Of a DNA stretch of 20,000 bases, positions 1 to 8,830 are shown in pieces. Source of the DNA: an uncultured virus (IMG/VR IMGVR_UViG_3300025652_000050) (taxonomy: Duplodnaviria > Heunggongvirae > Uroviricota > Caudoviricetes > Crassvirales); IMG/VR virus record IMGVR_UViG_3300025652_000050; one strand, given 5' to 3'. The position numbers and the translations under genes are program-made. The notes beneath the pieces were generated by a model, which was not told the origin of the DNA, made no database searches, and was given only the letters and a program-made list of their open reading frames with translations. Numbering within the stretch: the first letter of the stretch is position 1; each line of letters opens with the position of its first letter.

Positions 1-1
1 A

Positions 2-2176
2 TTTAATAAAAAATCTACTGAAATAGAAGCATTAAGACAAAAACCAAATAAAACTAAAGCAGAAATAAAGCAGATAAAAGAATTTAAGAATTTATCAGAA
101 ACTTTTATACCAAATCCTATTATTGGAGTTACAAAATCAGGTAACCCAAAGTATAAATACAATACTGTAAAACCAGGATATAGAAATGCTTACTACTATG
201 TTAATGGAGTGCAGCAGAAAATAATGATGAAAGAAGAAATTTACGAGCAATGGTTTGGGGAGAAAAAATTCATAAACAATCCAAAAGCAATTGAAAAATT
301 AGCTAAATGGAGTGGTTCAAGACTTCTTAAAACAATGGCAACAGGTAGAAACCCATTATTCTTTATAACAAATACTCCTAGAGATTTTGTAAATACTTTA
401 ATTGTATCACCTGAGTATAGTAAATTCAAACTTTTAGCAGCAGGTCAATTGATTAAAGATTTATTAAAATCATTTGTAGCAATTAAGAACAAAAACGATT
501 CATTTGAAAAGTATTTTGAATATGGTGGAGGAATGTCATTTTTAAGTTCTGAAGGAATGTTAACAGGTAAAAGTTTGACAAGAGAAATACTTGAAAACTC
601 TAAAAATAAAACTGTAAAAACTATATTAGATGCCAATATAAAAGACAAGGCAGGAAAAGTATTAGATTGGCTTACATTACATGAACTTAATCAATATTCT
701 GAACTTATTTTTAGAATTGCAATATTTGATAGAACAGTTAAAAATGAACTTGGTAAAATAAATGAAACTGATATAAACTCTCTTTCAAAAGAACAACAAG
801 AAGATATTTATTTCAGAGCAGTTGCTTCAGCTAGAAGTGTAATGGATTTCAATCAAGGTGGTTACATCACTAAAGATATGGAATCAGTTATGCCTTACTT
901 AAATGCTGCAACACAAGGTTCAAGAGTTTTAATGGATGCATTCGTTGAAAGACCAATAGAAACAACATCTAACATACTTCAATTAACTGCTATGGGAGTT
1001 ACAGGAGCTATGGGTATGTCGATTGCTTTATCAGGACTAGGAAAAGATGATGATGACGAAAGAACATCAACTCAAATTTACTTAGAAAATCTTGAAATGG
1101 TTAGTCCATACGATAGAAGAAACTTTTTCATAATTTTTACAGGTAGAAAAGATGAAGATGGAAACCCAGAATATTTAAAATTTGCAAAAGCACAACAAAT
1201 AACTCCATTTACACAAATAGCAGAACATCATACTGAAAACTATTTCAGAAAACAATATGGTTTAAAAGAAAAAGACAATTTATTAGAAAAGTCTTTATCA
1301 GCAGTAAATGATAATATTTCTCCAATACAGTTTATGTCATTTAAGGATGACCCATCATTAGTAGGCATATCATTAATGGCTAGAAACCCATTTGGAAGAG
1401 CTGCTATGACTTACGCAACAGGTTATGATTTTTACAGACAAGAAAAACTTTCATGGGATATTGATAATAAAGATGTTCCTAAATATATGGAAGGATATAC
1501 TTCTGATAGAGTAGATGATTTTTATAAAGAGTTAGGTCAAGATTTAAAAATATCTCCTATAAGAACAAAAGCTTTTGTGGAAAGTATTGTAACATCACCA
1601 GGAACAAATCCATATTTAGGTGTAATTTATGCAGGATTAGATGCAACAATGTCAGAAGATCAAACTAAAAACAGACTTGAAATTTTAAAAGAGAACACTT
1701 TAAAAAACATTGGTAAAAGAGCGATTGGTTTTGGAAAACCATACAATGTTACTTTAGAAGAGAAGGAAAAACTTAAAGAACAAATTGAGGAGATTCAAGC
1801 AGAAAATATTATTTTCAATAAAAAAGTTGATGATATTGCAAAAGGATTTATCAATAAAACTGAATCACGAAAAGTTTTAGTAGATAGATTGAAAAAAGAA
1901 CTAAAATTAGAACCATTTAAAGCCGAGAGAGCAGTAAAAAGATTGGAAGATAAGATTAAGTTTAGCGATGTTGACCAATTCTATTTAGATTTAAAGTACG
2001 AGAATAATAATGAAGTAAAAGCTTTAATGATTTTTAATAAGTTTGGTGATATAAGCAAACTATCTCCTGAAAAAAGAAAAGAAGCAGGAAAACAACTTGA
2101 AGATATAAGTTTCACGTTTAATGATGAAACTGCAAATAAGTATAGAGAATTACTTATAGAATTTGAAGAAAGATAA
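2..2176 (+). CDS. C-terminal part of a very large phage protein (LPD38-like large polyvalent protein / putative virion-ejected protein); 5' truncated by window
   Basis: Frame is open from position 2 through the GTG at 209 to TAA at 2176. Motifs 'DFNQGG' and 'MPYLNAATQG' followed by a hydrophobic helix resemble LPD38-type C-termini (recognised from memory, not searched). Confidence 0.6.
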   Translation, partial: FNKKSTEIEALRQKPNKTKAEIKQIKEFKNLSETFIPNPIIGVTKSGNPKYKYNTVKPGYRNAYYYVNGVQQKIMMKEEIYEQWFGEKKFINNPKAIEKLAKWSGSRLLKTMATGRNPLFFITNTPRDFVNTLIVSPEYSKFKLLAAGQLIKDLLKSFVAIKNKNDSFEKYFEYGGGMSFLSSEGMLTGKSLTREILENSKNKTVKTILDANIKDKAGKVLDWLTLHELNQYSELIFRIAIFDRTVKNELGKINETDINSLSKEQQEDIYFRAVASARSVMDFNQGGYITKDMESVMPYLNAATQGSRVLMDAFVERPIETTSNILQLTAMGVTGAMGMSIALSGLGKDDDDERTSTQIYLENLEMVSPYDRRNFFIIFTGRKDEDGNPEYLKFAKAQQITPFTQIAEHHTENYFRKQYGLKEKDNLLEKSLSAVNDNISPIQFMSFKDDPSLVGISLMARNPFGRAAMTYATGYDFYRQEKLSWDIDNKDVPKYMEGYTSDRVDDFYKELGQDLKISPIRTKAFVESIVTSPGTNPYLGVIYAGLDATMSEDQTKNRLEILKENTLKNIGKRAIGFGKPYNVTLEEKEKLKEQIEEIQAENIIFNKKVDDIAKGFINKTESRKVLVDRLKKELKLEPFKAERAVKRLEDKIKFSDVDQFYLDLKYENNNEVKALMIFNKFGDISKLSPEKRKEAGKQLEDISFTFNDETANKYRELLIEFEER

Positions 2177-2233
2177 AATAAAGTTTGGGAGTAGCCACCA
2201 ATTAAAAAACGTGAGGTATTTTATTTAAAATAG

Positions 2234-2263
2234 AAACCCTATCCGATTGAGATAGGGTTTTTT
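2234..2263. terminator. Rho-independent terminator between convergent genes
   Basis: Stem AAACCCTATC (2234-2243) / GATAGGGTTT (2251-2260) followed by a T run; lies between the + strand large gene and the - strand operon. Confidence 0.8.
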
Positions 2264-2290
2264 ATTTTCAGGGAGTTTAACTAATACTTG

Positions 2291-2428
2291 TTAGTTTTTG
2301 TCGTTGATTATTTCTACTATTTCTTCAACAGTTTCACAAATAATCATTGGTTCATCACAGTCTAACATGTTGTATGCTTCGTAGCCTGAAACTTTGCTTG
2401 GTTCTATTCGGTAGTTTTTGTAAGTCAT
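2291..2428 (-). CDS. small hypothetical protein, 45 aa (MTYKNYRIEPSKVSGYEAYNMLDCDEPMIICETVEEIVEIINDKN)
   Basis: Manually translated; below ORF-track cutoff; fills the gap between the NinG-like gene and the terminator in operon orientation. Confidence 0.55.
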   Translation of the reverse strand: MTYKNYRIEPSKVSGYEAYNMLDCDEPMIICETVEEIVEIINDKN

Positions 2429-2440
2429 GGAGTTTTGGTG

Positions 2441-3205
2441 TTATTTGTTAAAAATACAATATTTTTCTTCGTAAATTCCTAATTCGATATTAATTTGATT
2501 TCTTAGTTCTATTCTTTTTTCTAAAGAATGTTTTTTGCTTATTTTTTTAAGCTTTAAGACTATTTTTTTTGCTTTAAATGTTAGTTCCTCATATTCAAAA
2601 GATTTTAACTTAGGAGTTTCTGTAGCCTTTAAATCTGTTATAAAGTTCATATAATCTTGTCCATACTCTCTAATAACTCCTTCTCTTAAAAGACCATCAT
2701 CATTTTGAAAGTGATTTGACTGAGCATTTTGTCTATGAATATTATGTAAATTATACTTAATATTTGAATTACCACCTCTTGCGTATATATGACCTGCGTG
2801 AATTTGACCACCTCTTTGTCTTGCTAAACAATCTAATCCAAAATCTATTAATCTAACTATTTTATTAACTTCTTTTTGGAGTTCGTTTTTCCAATTAGTT
2901 GTACTTGATTTAAGTTTTTGTTTAAACTTTTTCTCATTTTGTATTTTAGTTTTTTCAACTATTTTTAAAGCATACGAAACTTTACAATCTATATTATCAC
3001 AAACTTTATTTTCATACCTACCAACTGGCATGAAATATTCTTTACATTCTTGACATTTTTTTTTCTTTATTACTAATGGAGATTTCAGTTTCAAATTTGG
3101 TTTTTTGTCCTTGTTGAAACATTCTCTTGAACAATGTCTTTCAGTTTTACTGTACTTTGGAGTAAATTCTTTTCCGCAACTTGGATTTTTACACTTCTTT
3201 GCCAT
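2441..3205 (-). CDS. NinG/Rap-like recombination endonuclease (HNH-type) with N-terminal Zn-finger repeats
   Basis: CxxxxC..F / CxxC N-terminal motifs, then 'VRLID.GLDC', 'HAGHIYARG' and 'YNLHNIHRQ', typical of the NinG family. Confidence 0.75.
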   Translation of the reverse strand: MAKKCKNPSCGKEFTPKYSKTERHCSRECFNKDKKPNLKLKSPLVIKKKKCQECKEYFMPVGRYENKVCDNIDCKVSYALKIVEKTKIQNEKKFKQKLKSSTTNWKNELQKEVNKIVRLIDFGLDCLARQRGGQIHAGHIYARGGNSNIKYNLHNIHRQNAQSNHFQNDDGLLREGVIREYGQDYMNFITDLKATETPKLKSFEYEELTFKAKKIVLKLKKISKKHSLEKRIELRNQINIELGIYEEKYCIFNK

Positions 3206-3397
3206 CTATTCTGTTTTTTCGATTAACAATTTAACTTCTTTCCAAAACTCCTTTGTTTGAGTCGGTGGAACTTTGAATCCAATGTAAGCTTCGTGTTGTG
3301 TAGCACTTATACATTCTTCTACTAAAATCATAACATACTCTTTGTTGTTATCAAATTTAGCCATTAATTCAATTAGTTTTACTTCTGGTTTTTGCAT
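3206..3397 (-). CDS. hypothetical phage protein
   Basis: 63-aa ORF abutting its neighbours in the operon; C-terminal 'FWKEVK..IEK'. Confidence 0.65.
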   Translation of the reverse strand: MQKPEVKLIELMAKFDNNKEYVMILVEECISATQHEAYIGFKVPPTQTKEFWKEVKLLIEKTE

Positions 3398-3398
3398 T

Positions 3399-3602
3399 TT
3401 ATAAAAATATTAGTTTGTGGTTAATTCCTTCACGAATTTTAATTCGCTTCTCTTTGTACAGTTTCATTAGAACTTCTCGACATTCTTTATAAGAAATTCC
3501 AAATTCATTCTGAACTTTTACAATTGGTGTTCCGCATTTATTACCGTTTGATTTTTGCTCAAACTCTAGGAATAAAAATATTTCAAATTCTAAATCTTCC
3601 AT
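3399..3602 (-). CDS. small winged-helix-like hypothetical protein
   Basis: ORF-track 3399..3644; likelier ATG at 3602 (MEDLEF); 'CREVLMKLYKEKRIKIREG' resembles a wHTH helix-wing. Confidence 0.55.
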   Translation of the reverse strand: MEDLEFEIFLFLEFEQKSNGNKCGTPIVKVQNEFGISYKECREVLMKLYKEKRIKIREGINHKLIFL

Positions 3603-3603
3603 G

Positions 3604-3696
3604 CTAAGTACATCTATATAAGCAGTAAAAAATAAAAAAAGCAATTATCCATGCTATTAATTCATCTATAATTTTATTTAGTTTGTTTCTATTCAT
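3604..3696 (-). CDS. 30-aa putative membrane peptide (MNRNKLNKIIDELIAWIIAFFIFYCLYRCT)
   Basis: Manually translated; fills the gap exactly between adjacent operon genes; single hydrophobic stretch. Confidence 0.45.
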   Translation of the reverse strand: MNRNKLNKIIDELIAWIIAFFIFYCLYRCT

Positions 3697-3700
3697 AATT

Positions 3701-3964
3701 TTAAAATTTAAACATTGTTACTGGATTAACTCTAATTTCCCAAATTTCAAATACCCATTTAGGTTGGTCTATTGTTTCTTTTTTAGGCTCAATTGCTTTT
3801 TTAGGCTTCTTTTCTTTAAAAACTTTTAAATTTTTTTCTTCCATATATTTATTTACAGAATTAAAGCTAACTTCTAGGTTTAAAGAAATTTGATTGATTG
3901 ACATTTTTAGTCTATTTTCTGAAATGAAGTCTTTTTGTTTTTTTGTAAATTCTTTTCTTTTCAT
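3701..3964 (-). CDS. HTH-domain protein
   Basis: 'MSINQISLNLEVSFNSVNKY' helix-turn-helix pattern. Confidence 0.6.
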   Translation of the reverse strand: MKRKEFTKKQKDFISENRLKMSINQISLNLEVSFNSVNKYMEEKNLKVFKEKKPKKAIEPKKETIDQPKWVFEIWEIRVNPVTMFKF

Positions 3965-3976
3965 TCACGTTTTGGT

Positions 3977-4165
3977 TTAAAATGGTGTATATTCTTTTTT
4001 TGGTTTTAATATTTCGTGTTTATCACGTGCTAATTTTTCTGCTATTGCATCACGAATGAAATCACAAACTCGAATGTTATATTTACCTAAATTTTTCAAT
4101 GTTGTACTTTGAATTTTGGTTAATTTTACGGTTTTAACTTCTGTATATTTTAGTGGTGTTGGCAT
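3977..4165 (-). CDS. ribbon-helix-helix (CopG-like) small DNA-binding protein next to the attI-like site
   Basis: Beta strand 'EVKTVKLT', a helix, then 'VCDFIRDAIAEKL'. Confidence 0.55.
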   Translation of the reverse strand: MPTPLKYTEVKTVKLTKIQSTTLKNLGKYNIRVCDFIRDAIAEKLARDKHEILKPKKEYTPF

Positions 4166-4169
4166 AGAT

Positions 4170-4214
4170 TTGTGATACTTTAGGTTCGTACATACAAGAG
4201 TTGGCAGTAATTTT
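4170..4214 (+). other. attI-like / cassette-boundary core site (G|TTGGCAGTA)
   Basis: GTTGGCAGTA at 4200-4209 is the exact reverse complement of TACTGCCAAC at 5014-5023, but no attC hairpin precedes it. Confidence 0.5.
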
Positions 4215-4677
4215 ACCCAACATTGCGCGCCAATTGCAATTCGAGTTTTTTAATGTTTATCATTTGAGAAACTACATTGCAAATTGCGTTCGCTTGATTA
4301 ATGTAAGTTTTGTCTTTTTGTACTTTTTGAATAGTATCTAAAAGAATTACACTCAAATCATTTTCTTGTATTGCTACAATATTTTTTTTATTTTCTTCCA
4401 TTTTATTAGGGTTGAGTTCGTCTTTTTTCACTTGTATTGATACATTTTTTAATTCATTTTGTCTTTTTTCTAAAACTCCTTGTTTTAGTTTTACTCTTAC
4501 AGGAATTAAATTCTCAATAAATAAATCTATTTCGTTTTCAAAGAAATTATAAGTTTGCTTATCTGTAAAAACAATATAAGTAACTCCTACTTTTTTCCAT
4601 TTAGTTATAGTGATAATTTTATCCTTATAATTAAATTTCTTATCGATTAATAAATTTAGCTTTTGTTGCATCTTCAA
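4213..4677 (-). CDS. hypothetical protein (second gene of left cassette)
   Basis: 154-aa ORF; stop lies a few bases from the GTTGGCAG boundary; overlaps the upstream ORF. Confidence 0.7.
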   Translation of the reverse strand: MKMQQKLNLLIDKKFNYKDKIITITKWKKVGVTYIVFTDKQTYNFFENEIDLFIENLIPVRVKLKQGVLEKRQNELKNVSIQVKKDELNPNKMEENKKNIVAIQENDLSVILLDTIQKVQKDKTYINQANAICNVVSQMINIKKLELQLARNVG

Positions 4678-4921
4678 GTTGTTGTTTTAGCTCTAAATTC
4701 AAGTCATAAAGTTTTATAATCTCTATTGATAATTTCTTTATTTGCTCGTCTTTGGTTTCTTTTTCTTCATTCATCGCTCCGTAATATCGGGTGCAAACAG
4801 ATGTAGCAGTTCTTCCAGTTTTCAATGAAGCAATAAAAAACGCTTCTCTTAAATTATTAGGGTTTTTTAAAACCTCTTGTTTAATAATTTCTTCTTCTTC
4901 TGTGGTCCAATTTTTTGCCAT
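4640..4921 (-). CDS. Myb/SANT-like small protein with coiled-coil tail (first gene of left cassette)
   Basis: 'WTTEEEEII...GRTATSVCTRYY' resembles a Myb-like HTH. Confidence 0.6.
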   Translation of the reverse strand: MAKNWTTEEEEIIKQEVLKNPNNLREAFFIASLKTGRTATSVCTRYYGAMNEEKETKDEQIKKLSIEIIKLYDLNLELKQQLEDATKAKFINR

Positions 4922-4932
4922 AATATTATTTT

Positions 4933-5002
4933 TAGTAAAGTTTTCCTAAAGTGGTCGAATTTGACCACTTTAAATATTAAATAGTTAGTAAAATTTTCCT
5001 AA
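4933..5002. promoter_or_regulatory. operator-like palindrome flanked by direct repeats
   Basis: TAAAGTGGTCGAATTTGACCACTTTA (4947-4972), flanked by TAGTAAA(G/A)TTTTCCTAA at 4933 and 4986. Confidence 0.45.
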
Positions 5003-5016
5003 CATCAAAAAACTAC

Positions 5017-5147
5017 TGCCAACACGTGCTATAAGAAATAGCGGGTTCGGTGCTTTCTGAAAGTTCAGGTGTATTTTTAAAATCTGTCATAAATTTAAAG
5101 TTTAGTTTTTATTAATCCGCTACTTCTCATAGCACCATACGTTAGTA
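5017..5147 (+). repeat. attC-like hairpin (left site)
   Basis: TGCCAAC-AC-GTGCTATAAGAAATAGCGG ... CCGCTACTTCTCATAGCAC-CATAC-GTTAGTA; imperfect inverted repeat with AAC/GTT cores, in reverse orientation to the right-hand array. Confidence 0.8.
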
Positions 5148-5363
5148 GCAAGAATACGATTTCGTTTCATTCGCGAATCTCCAATGCTCGTTTTTTTCTA
5201 TAAATCCAATATTACCATTTGATAACTGAACGGAATGTAAGTATCCATATATAGCTATTTTGTCTTTACTTTCAAAGTCAACTTTTATGATAGTTCCATA
5301 TAATCCTTGATAATTTCCACTTATAAATTTTACGTTGTCACCGTTTTTTAATTCCTTTTTCAT
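5142..5363 (-). CDS. KOW-motif (SH3-like) hypothetical protein
   Basis: 'LKNGDNVKFISGNYQGLYGTIIKV' is a KOW pattern; the stop codon overlaps the GTTAG core of the attC-like site. Confidence 0.65.
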   Translation of the reverse strand: MKKELKNGDNVKFISGNYQGLYGTIIKVDFESKDKIAIYGYLHSVQLSNGNIGFIEKNEHWRFANETKSYSCY

Positions 5364-5448
5364 AATATATTTAGTTTTATAATAACTGCTATATTTAATA
5401 GCTATTATTTAATTTCTCTTCTTTTTCCCTTGTAATACCATCTGTTAT

Positions 5449-6930
5449 TTAAAAAGGAATATCATTTTCGTCAGGTAAATCAAAAGCATCTTTTATGCTT
5501 ACTTTTGGAATTTCTAATAATTCTACTTTTACAATATTTGGATTTTCTCTGAAATATCTACCTGAAATATTTTGTCCTAAATGTTCTAAATCCATAAACC
5601 TCATGTATTTTAATTGACAACCAACTCTGCAATATCCTGTTTCTCCATGCCTATATTTAGCAACTTCTATTTCTGCTTGGTCAATTGTAGGAGAACGTTC
5701 GTCGTCATCCCATTCATCTATTTTATAATATTCTGGTCGATAAATAAACATAACAACATCTGCATCTTGTTCTATTGATCCAGAATCCCTTAAATCAGAT
5801 AGCATAGGTCTTTTACTTGAACCTCTTTGTTCTACACTTCTTGACAATTGTGCTAATGCAATTACAGGAACATCTAAGTCTTTAGCTAGAGCTTTTAGAG
5901 AATTTGATATTTCTGCAACTTCTTGTTCTCTATTGTTTATTTTTTTATTTTTTACTTTCATTAATTGTAAATAATCAACAAAAATAATTTTAATAAATTT
6001 TTCTCTTTTTAATTTATTGCTTTTTATTTTTAACTCAATTGGAGAAATTCCACTTGTATCATCAATTGTAATTGGTAAGTTTGCTAATAAGTCAGAACAT
6101 TTTTTTAATTCTATTATTTCTTGTGGTGTTAAGTTAAAACTATTTATTTTTACAATATCGATACCTGAAATAATACTTAACATTCTTCCTATTATTTGTT
6201 TTTCACTCATTTCAAGACTAAAAAAAGCAACAGGAATACCTCTTAAACCACATTCAATTATTTCATTTAAAGCGTATGCAGTTTTACCACTTCCAGGTCT
6301 TCCTCCTAAAACTATTAAATCTGAATTTTGGAAACCATTTAGTTTTTTATTTAAAAGTGTTAGACAAGATTTTACACCTGGATTATTATTTTTATTACTA
6401 TTTAAATAAGCATTTACATTTTCTTTAAAATCTGAATCTTTTCCAACGGTTATTAAGTCTGTAACTTCCCCAAATTCCTTATAAGCTTTTTCTAATAATT
6501 CAAAAACATCAACATCTTCATTGTATGAATCCTCTATCATATTTGAAGAAACTTTTATACATTTTCTTTGAATATATTTTTGAAGTAAAATTCTTGAATG
6601 ATATTCTATATGAGCTGAAGAAGATACTTTTTGAGTTAATTCTATTAAAGTAAAATCTCCACCAATTAAATCTAATTTAGATACTCTTTTTAATTCTGCT
6701 GAGACTGTTAATAAATCAACTCCTTTATTTTGATGATATAAATTAATTATTGCTTCGAAAATAAATTTATTACTTTCTTTGTAAAACACATCAGGAGTAA
6801 GTAATTCAACTGCTTCATTTAAGCCATTTTTATCAATCATCATAGCTCCAATTACAGCTTCTTCTAAATCTATCGACTGAGGAGGTAATTTACCTTTATT
6901 TAGATCTATTATATTTGATTTCTCTACCAT
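5449..6930 (-). CDS. dnaB: replicative DNA helicase DnaB
   Basis: 'LPPQSIDLEEAVIG' N-terminus, Walker A 'GRPGSGKT', 'FFSLEM', 'FVDYLQL', 'LAQLSR', 'RPMLSDLRDSGSIEQDAD'. Confidence 0.97.
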   Translation of the reverse strand: MVEKSNIIDLNKGKLPPQSIDLEEAVIGAMMIDKNGLNEAVELLTPDVFYKESNKFIFEAIINLYHQNKGVDLLTVSAELKRVSKLDLIGGDFTLIELTQKVSSSAHIEYHSRILLQKYIQRKCIKVSSNMIEDSYNEDVDVFELLEKAYKEFGEVTDLITVGKDSDFKENVNAYLNSNKNNNPGVKSCLTLLNKKLNGFQNSDLIVLGGRPGSGKTAYALNEIIECGLRGIPVAFFSLEMSEKQIIGRMLSIISGIDIVKINSFNLTPQEIIELKKCSDLLANLPITIDDTSGISPIELKIKSNKLKREKFIKIIFVDYLQLMKVKNKKINNREQEVAEISNSLKALAKDLDVPVIALAQLSRSVEQRGSSKRPMLSDLRDSGSIEQDADVVMFIYRPEYYKIDEWDDDERSPTIDQAEIEVAKYRHGETGYCRVGCQLKYMRFMDLEHLGQNISGRYFRENPNIVKVELLEIPKVSIKDAFDLPDENDIPF

Positions 6931-7796
6931 TATTCTATTCTTTTTCTTTTGTTAGGATCAGGAACTATTATTTCTTTATGATTAATTTGTTTAATAACTG
7001 TGTTTTTCTTTGCTAATAGTGTTGATATTTTTTCCCTTAATTTAGATGTGGAAAGAATGTTTGATTTCCAAAACTCTCCCTCTTTTGAATTTAGATATGA
7101 ATAAGCGTCTCTTATTTGCTGTTTAGTTACTTTATCATTATCAATCATTAATCTTATTGGCTCTACAAAATTTTTATATTTTGTTTTTTCTATTTGATTT
7201 GTCGGAGAACCTTTTTCTTTTAAGTTATTAATAAATAGTTTATAAAAACCAATAGCAGTATTATAATTAAAAAGAGAGTCTTCATTTATTTCAATTTCTA
7301 AATCTTTAATTTTAAAAAACTTTTTATCGTCTGAAATTTTAATTTCTGACAAAAGAGAATTATTAAGTATATTATTATTGTTTAATTGTTTATTGTTTAT
7401 ATTGTTAGTTGTTGTTACTTGTTTGTTGGTTTGTTTGTTACTTGTTTGTTGTTTGTTTGTTGTTTGTTTTTCTTGAGTTTGATAATCATCATATTTTACA
7501 ACGTCTAACAAGGTGTATTTGTTTGTTGTTTGTATGTTGAGTTCGTGTGTTTTTGTTAGTTTAAAAATCGACGTCCTAATTTGCTGAATTGTGAGGTTTG
7601 TTTCTTTAGATAATGCTTGATTACTCGTTATAAAACTTCCTCTTTTTATATCAATACCTCTCCAATTTTTATCTTCCCAATTTGCTTTTAAAAGACAGTG
7701 TATAAACAAAGTTTTAGTATTTATGTCTGAATACCACTCCCAGTCTAAAAGTTTTCGATGTAATGTTATAAATCCACTCATATTTTTAAAGGTCAA
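6930..7796 (-). CDS. phage replication initiator (N-terminal wHTH); likely start 7781
   Basis: 'GFITLHRKLLDWEWY...LLKANW...RGSFITS..LS.ET.LT.QQIRT', a Q/T/N/K-rich linker, C-terminal 'FWKSNILSTSKLR'; directly upstream of DnaB. Confidence 0.85.
   Translation of the reverse strand: MTFKNMSGFITLHRKLLDWEWYSDINTKTLFIHCLLKANWEDKNWRGIDIKRGSFITSNQALSKETNLTIQQIRTSIFKLTKTHELNIQTTNKYTLLDVVKYDDYQTQEKQTTNKQQTSNKQTNKQVTTTNNINNKQLNNNNILNNSLLSEIKISDDKKFFKIKDLEIEINEDSLFNYNTAIGFYKLFINNLKEKGSPTNQIEKTKYKNFVEPIRLMIDNDKVTKQQIRDAYSYLNSKEGEFWKSNILSTSKLREKISTLLAKKNTVIKQINHKEIIVPDPNKRKRIE
7405..7560. repeat. iteron-like TTGTTTGTT repeats inside the initiator gene (putative origin)
   Basis: Multiple TTGTTTGTT/TTGTTG units at about 7410-7470 and 7518-7532, next to an AT-rich tract. 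Confidence 0.5.
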
Positions 7797-7971
7797 ATCC
7801 TAGAGAATGCTTCATATAGAATACTTCAAGAGGTTTCCATGAATTAGAAGTCATTCTATTGCTAATAGTTACTTTATCAAGATTAAGTTTTTTAGAAAGA
7901 TCCTCTTGAGTCATCTTTCTTCTTGATAGTTCTAATTTAATTTTTTCAGATGTTGTTAATCTAATTCCCAT
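7786..7971 (-). CDS. Cro/XRE-like HTH regulator
   Basis: 'MTQEDLSKKLNLDKVTISNR' HTH. Confidence 0.75.
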   Translation of the reverse strand: MGIRLTTSEKIKLELSRRKMTQEDLSKKLNLDKVTISNRMTSNSWKPLEVFYMKHSLGFDL

Positions 7972-7994
7972 AATAAGTATGTTTATTTTTTTTA

Positions 7995-8002
7995 CAAATA
8001 TA
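7995..8002 (-). promoter_or_regulatory. Bacteroidota -7 promoter element TATATTTG
   Basis: Matches TAnnTTTG on the - strand, about 24 nt upstream of the HTH gene start. Confidence 0.55.
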
Positions 8003-8052
8003 TAAATTAATTTTAATTAATTAATAAAAATTTATAAAAATAATTTAAAAAA

Positions 8053-8085
8053 AAAACTATGAGTATTAATAAGACCCATAGTTTT
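8053..8085 (-). terminator. terminator-like hairpin
   Basis: AAAACTATGAGT / ACCCATAGTTTT stem with an A run on the left (U tail on the - strand). Confidence 0.6.
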
Positions 8086-8113
8086 ATGTAGTTAAAAGTT
8101 TCTACTCTACAAA

Positions 8114-8830
8114 TTAAAATTCGATAATAGTAACTTTGTCTTTTATTTTTTCAACTTCCTGGTTTACTCTTTGTTCAAATTGAGATTCAATTAGTTCAGC
8201 AGCATCTACGCTTTCAAGAGAACATTTAATATCAGAACCATGAGCTTCTAAAATAACATTTACTTCGATTTGAATTGGGTCCTCGCCTTCTAAAAGAGGT
8301 AATTTAAGTTTAATAGCATCAGGCATATTACTTTCAACAGTTTGTTTGAAATTTTGAGTAACATTTCCTTTTCTATCATCTGCTTTATCTATATCAGCAT
8401 TAACTTTTGCCTTTAAGTTTCTTAAAGTGTTGCAAATAGAAGCGTGTTCCATATTACTAACAAACATTGATCTTAAAAGTTTAAGTTTGTTTGCTAATTC
8501 TTCTGGTGAATATAACATCTTATCGTTATTAATCCCAAGAGAATTGAATTTTTTTGAAACTGAAATTTCACCAATAACAGTATATTTATTAACTACGCTT
8601 TGTTCGTTTAAAATTAATTCAATTACACCATCTGTTTTTGAAACCATACAATGTGCTTTACTTCCTTCAAATTCAGTAATCTTACCTTCTAAAAATCTTG
8701 AAGGAGCATCAATATTACCTTTAATATTTACCGGTTGTGGATTATGTTGTTCAGGTGCTTTTCCTTCTAAAATAACCAAGTTAGTTACTCCATTTTCAAC
8801 CATTGTCTGTACTTTTTTGTCGTTACTCAT
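8114..8830 (-). CDS. conserved phage hypothetical protein (possibly DUF2303/YfdQ-like)
   Basis: 238-aa ORF; C-terminal 'MPDAIKLKLPLLEGE' is reminiscent of DUF2303 (not verified). Confidence 0.5.
   Translation of the reverse strand: MSNDKKVQTMVENGVTNLVILEGKAPEQHNPQPVNIKGNIDAPSRFLEGKITEFEGSKAHCMVSKTDGVIELILNEQSVVNKYTVIGEISVSKKFNSLGINNDKMLYSPEELANKLKLLRSMFVSNMEHASICNTLRNLKAKVNADIDKADDRKGNVTQNFKQTVESNMPDAIKLKLPLLEGEDPIQIEVNVILEAHGSDIKCSLESVDAAELIESQFEQRVNQEVEKIKDKVTIIEF

Noticed and set aside
241..648. Minus-strand ORFs 241..429 and 445..648
   Set aside because: Antisense shadows of the large + strand gene.
5377..5449. Possible degenerate attC between dnaB and the KOW gene (ATAAC...CTGTTAT)
   Set aside because: No convincing long stem, and the flank is only weakly complementary to GTTAGTAGC at 5141.
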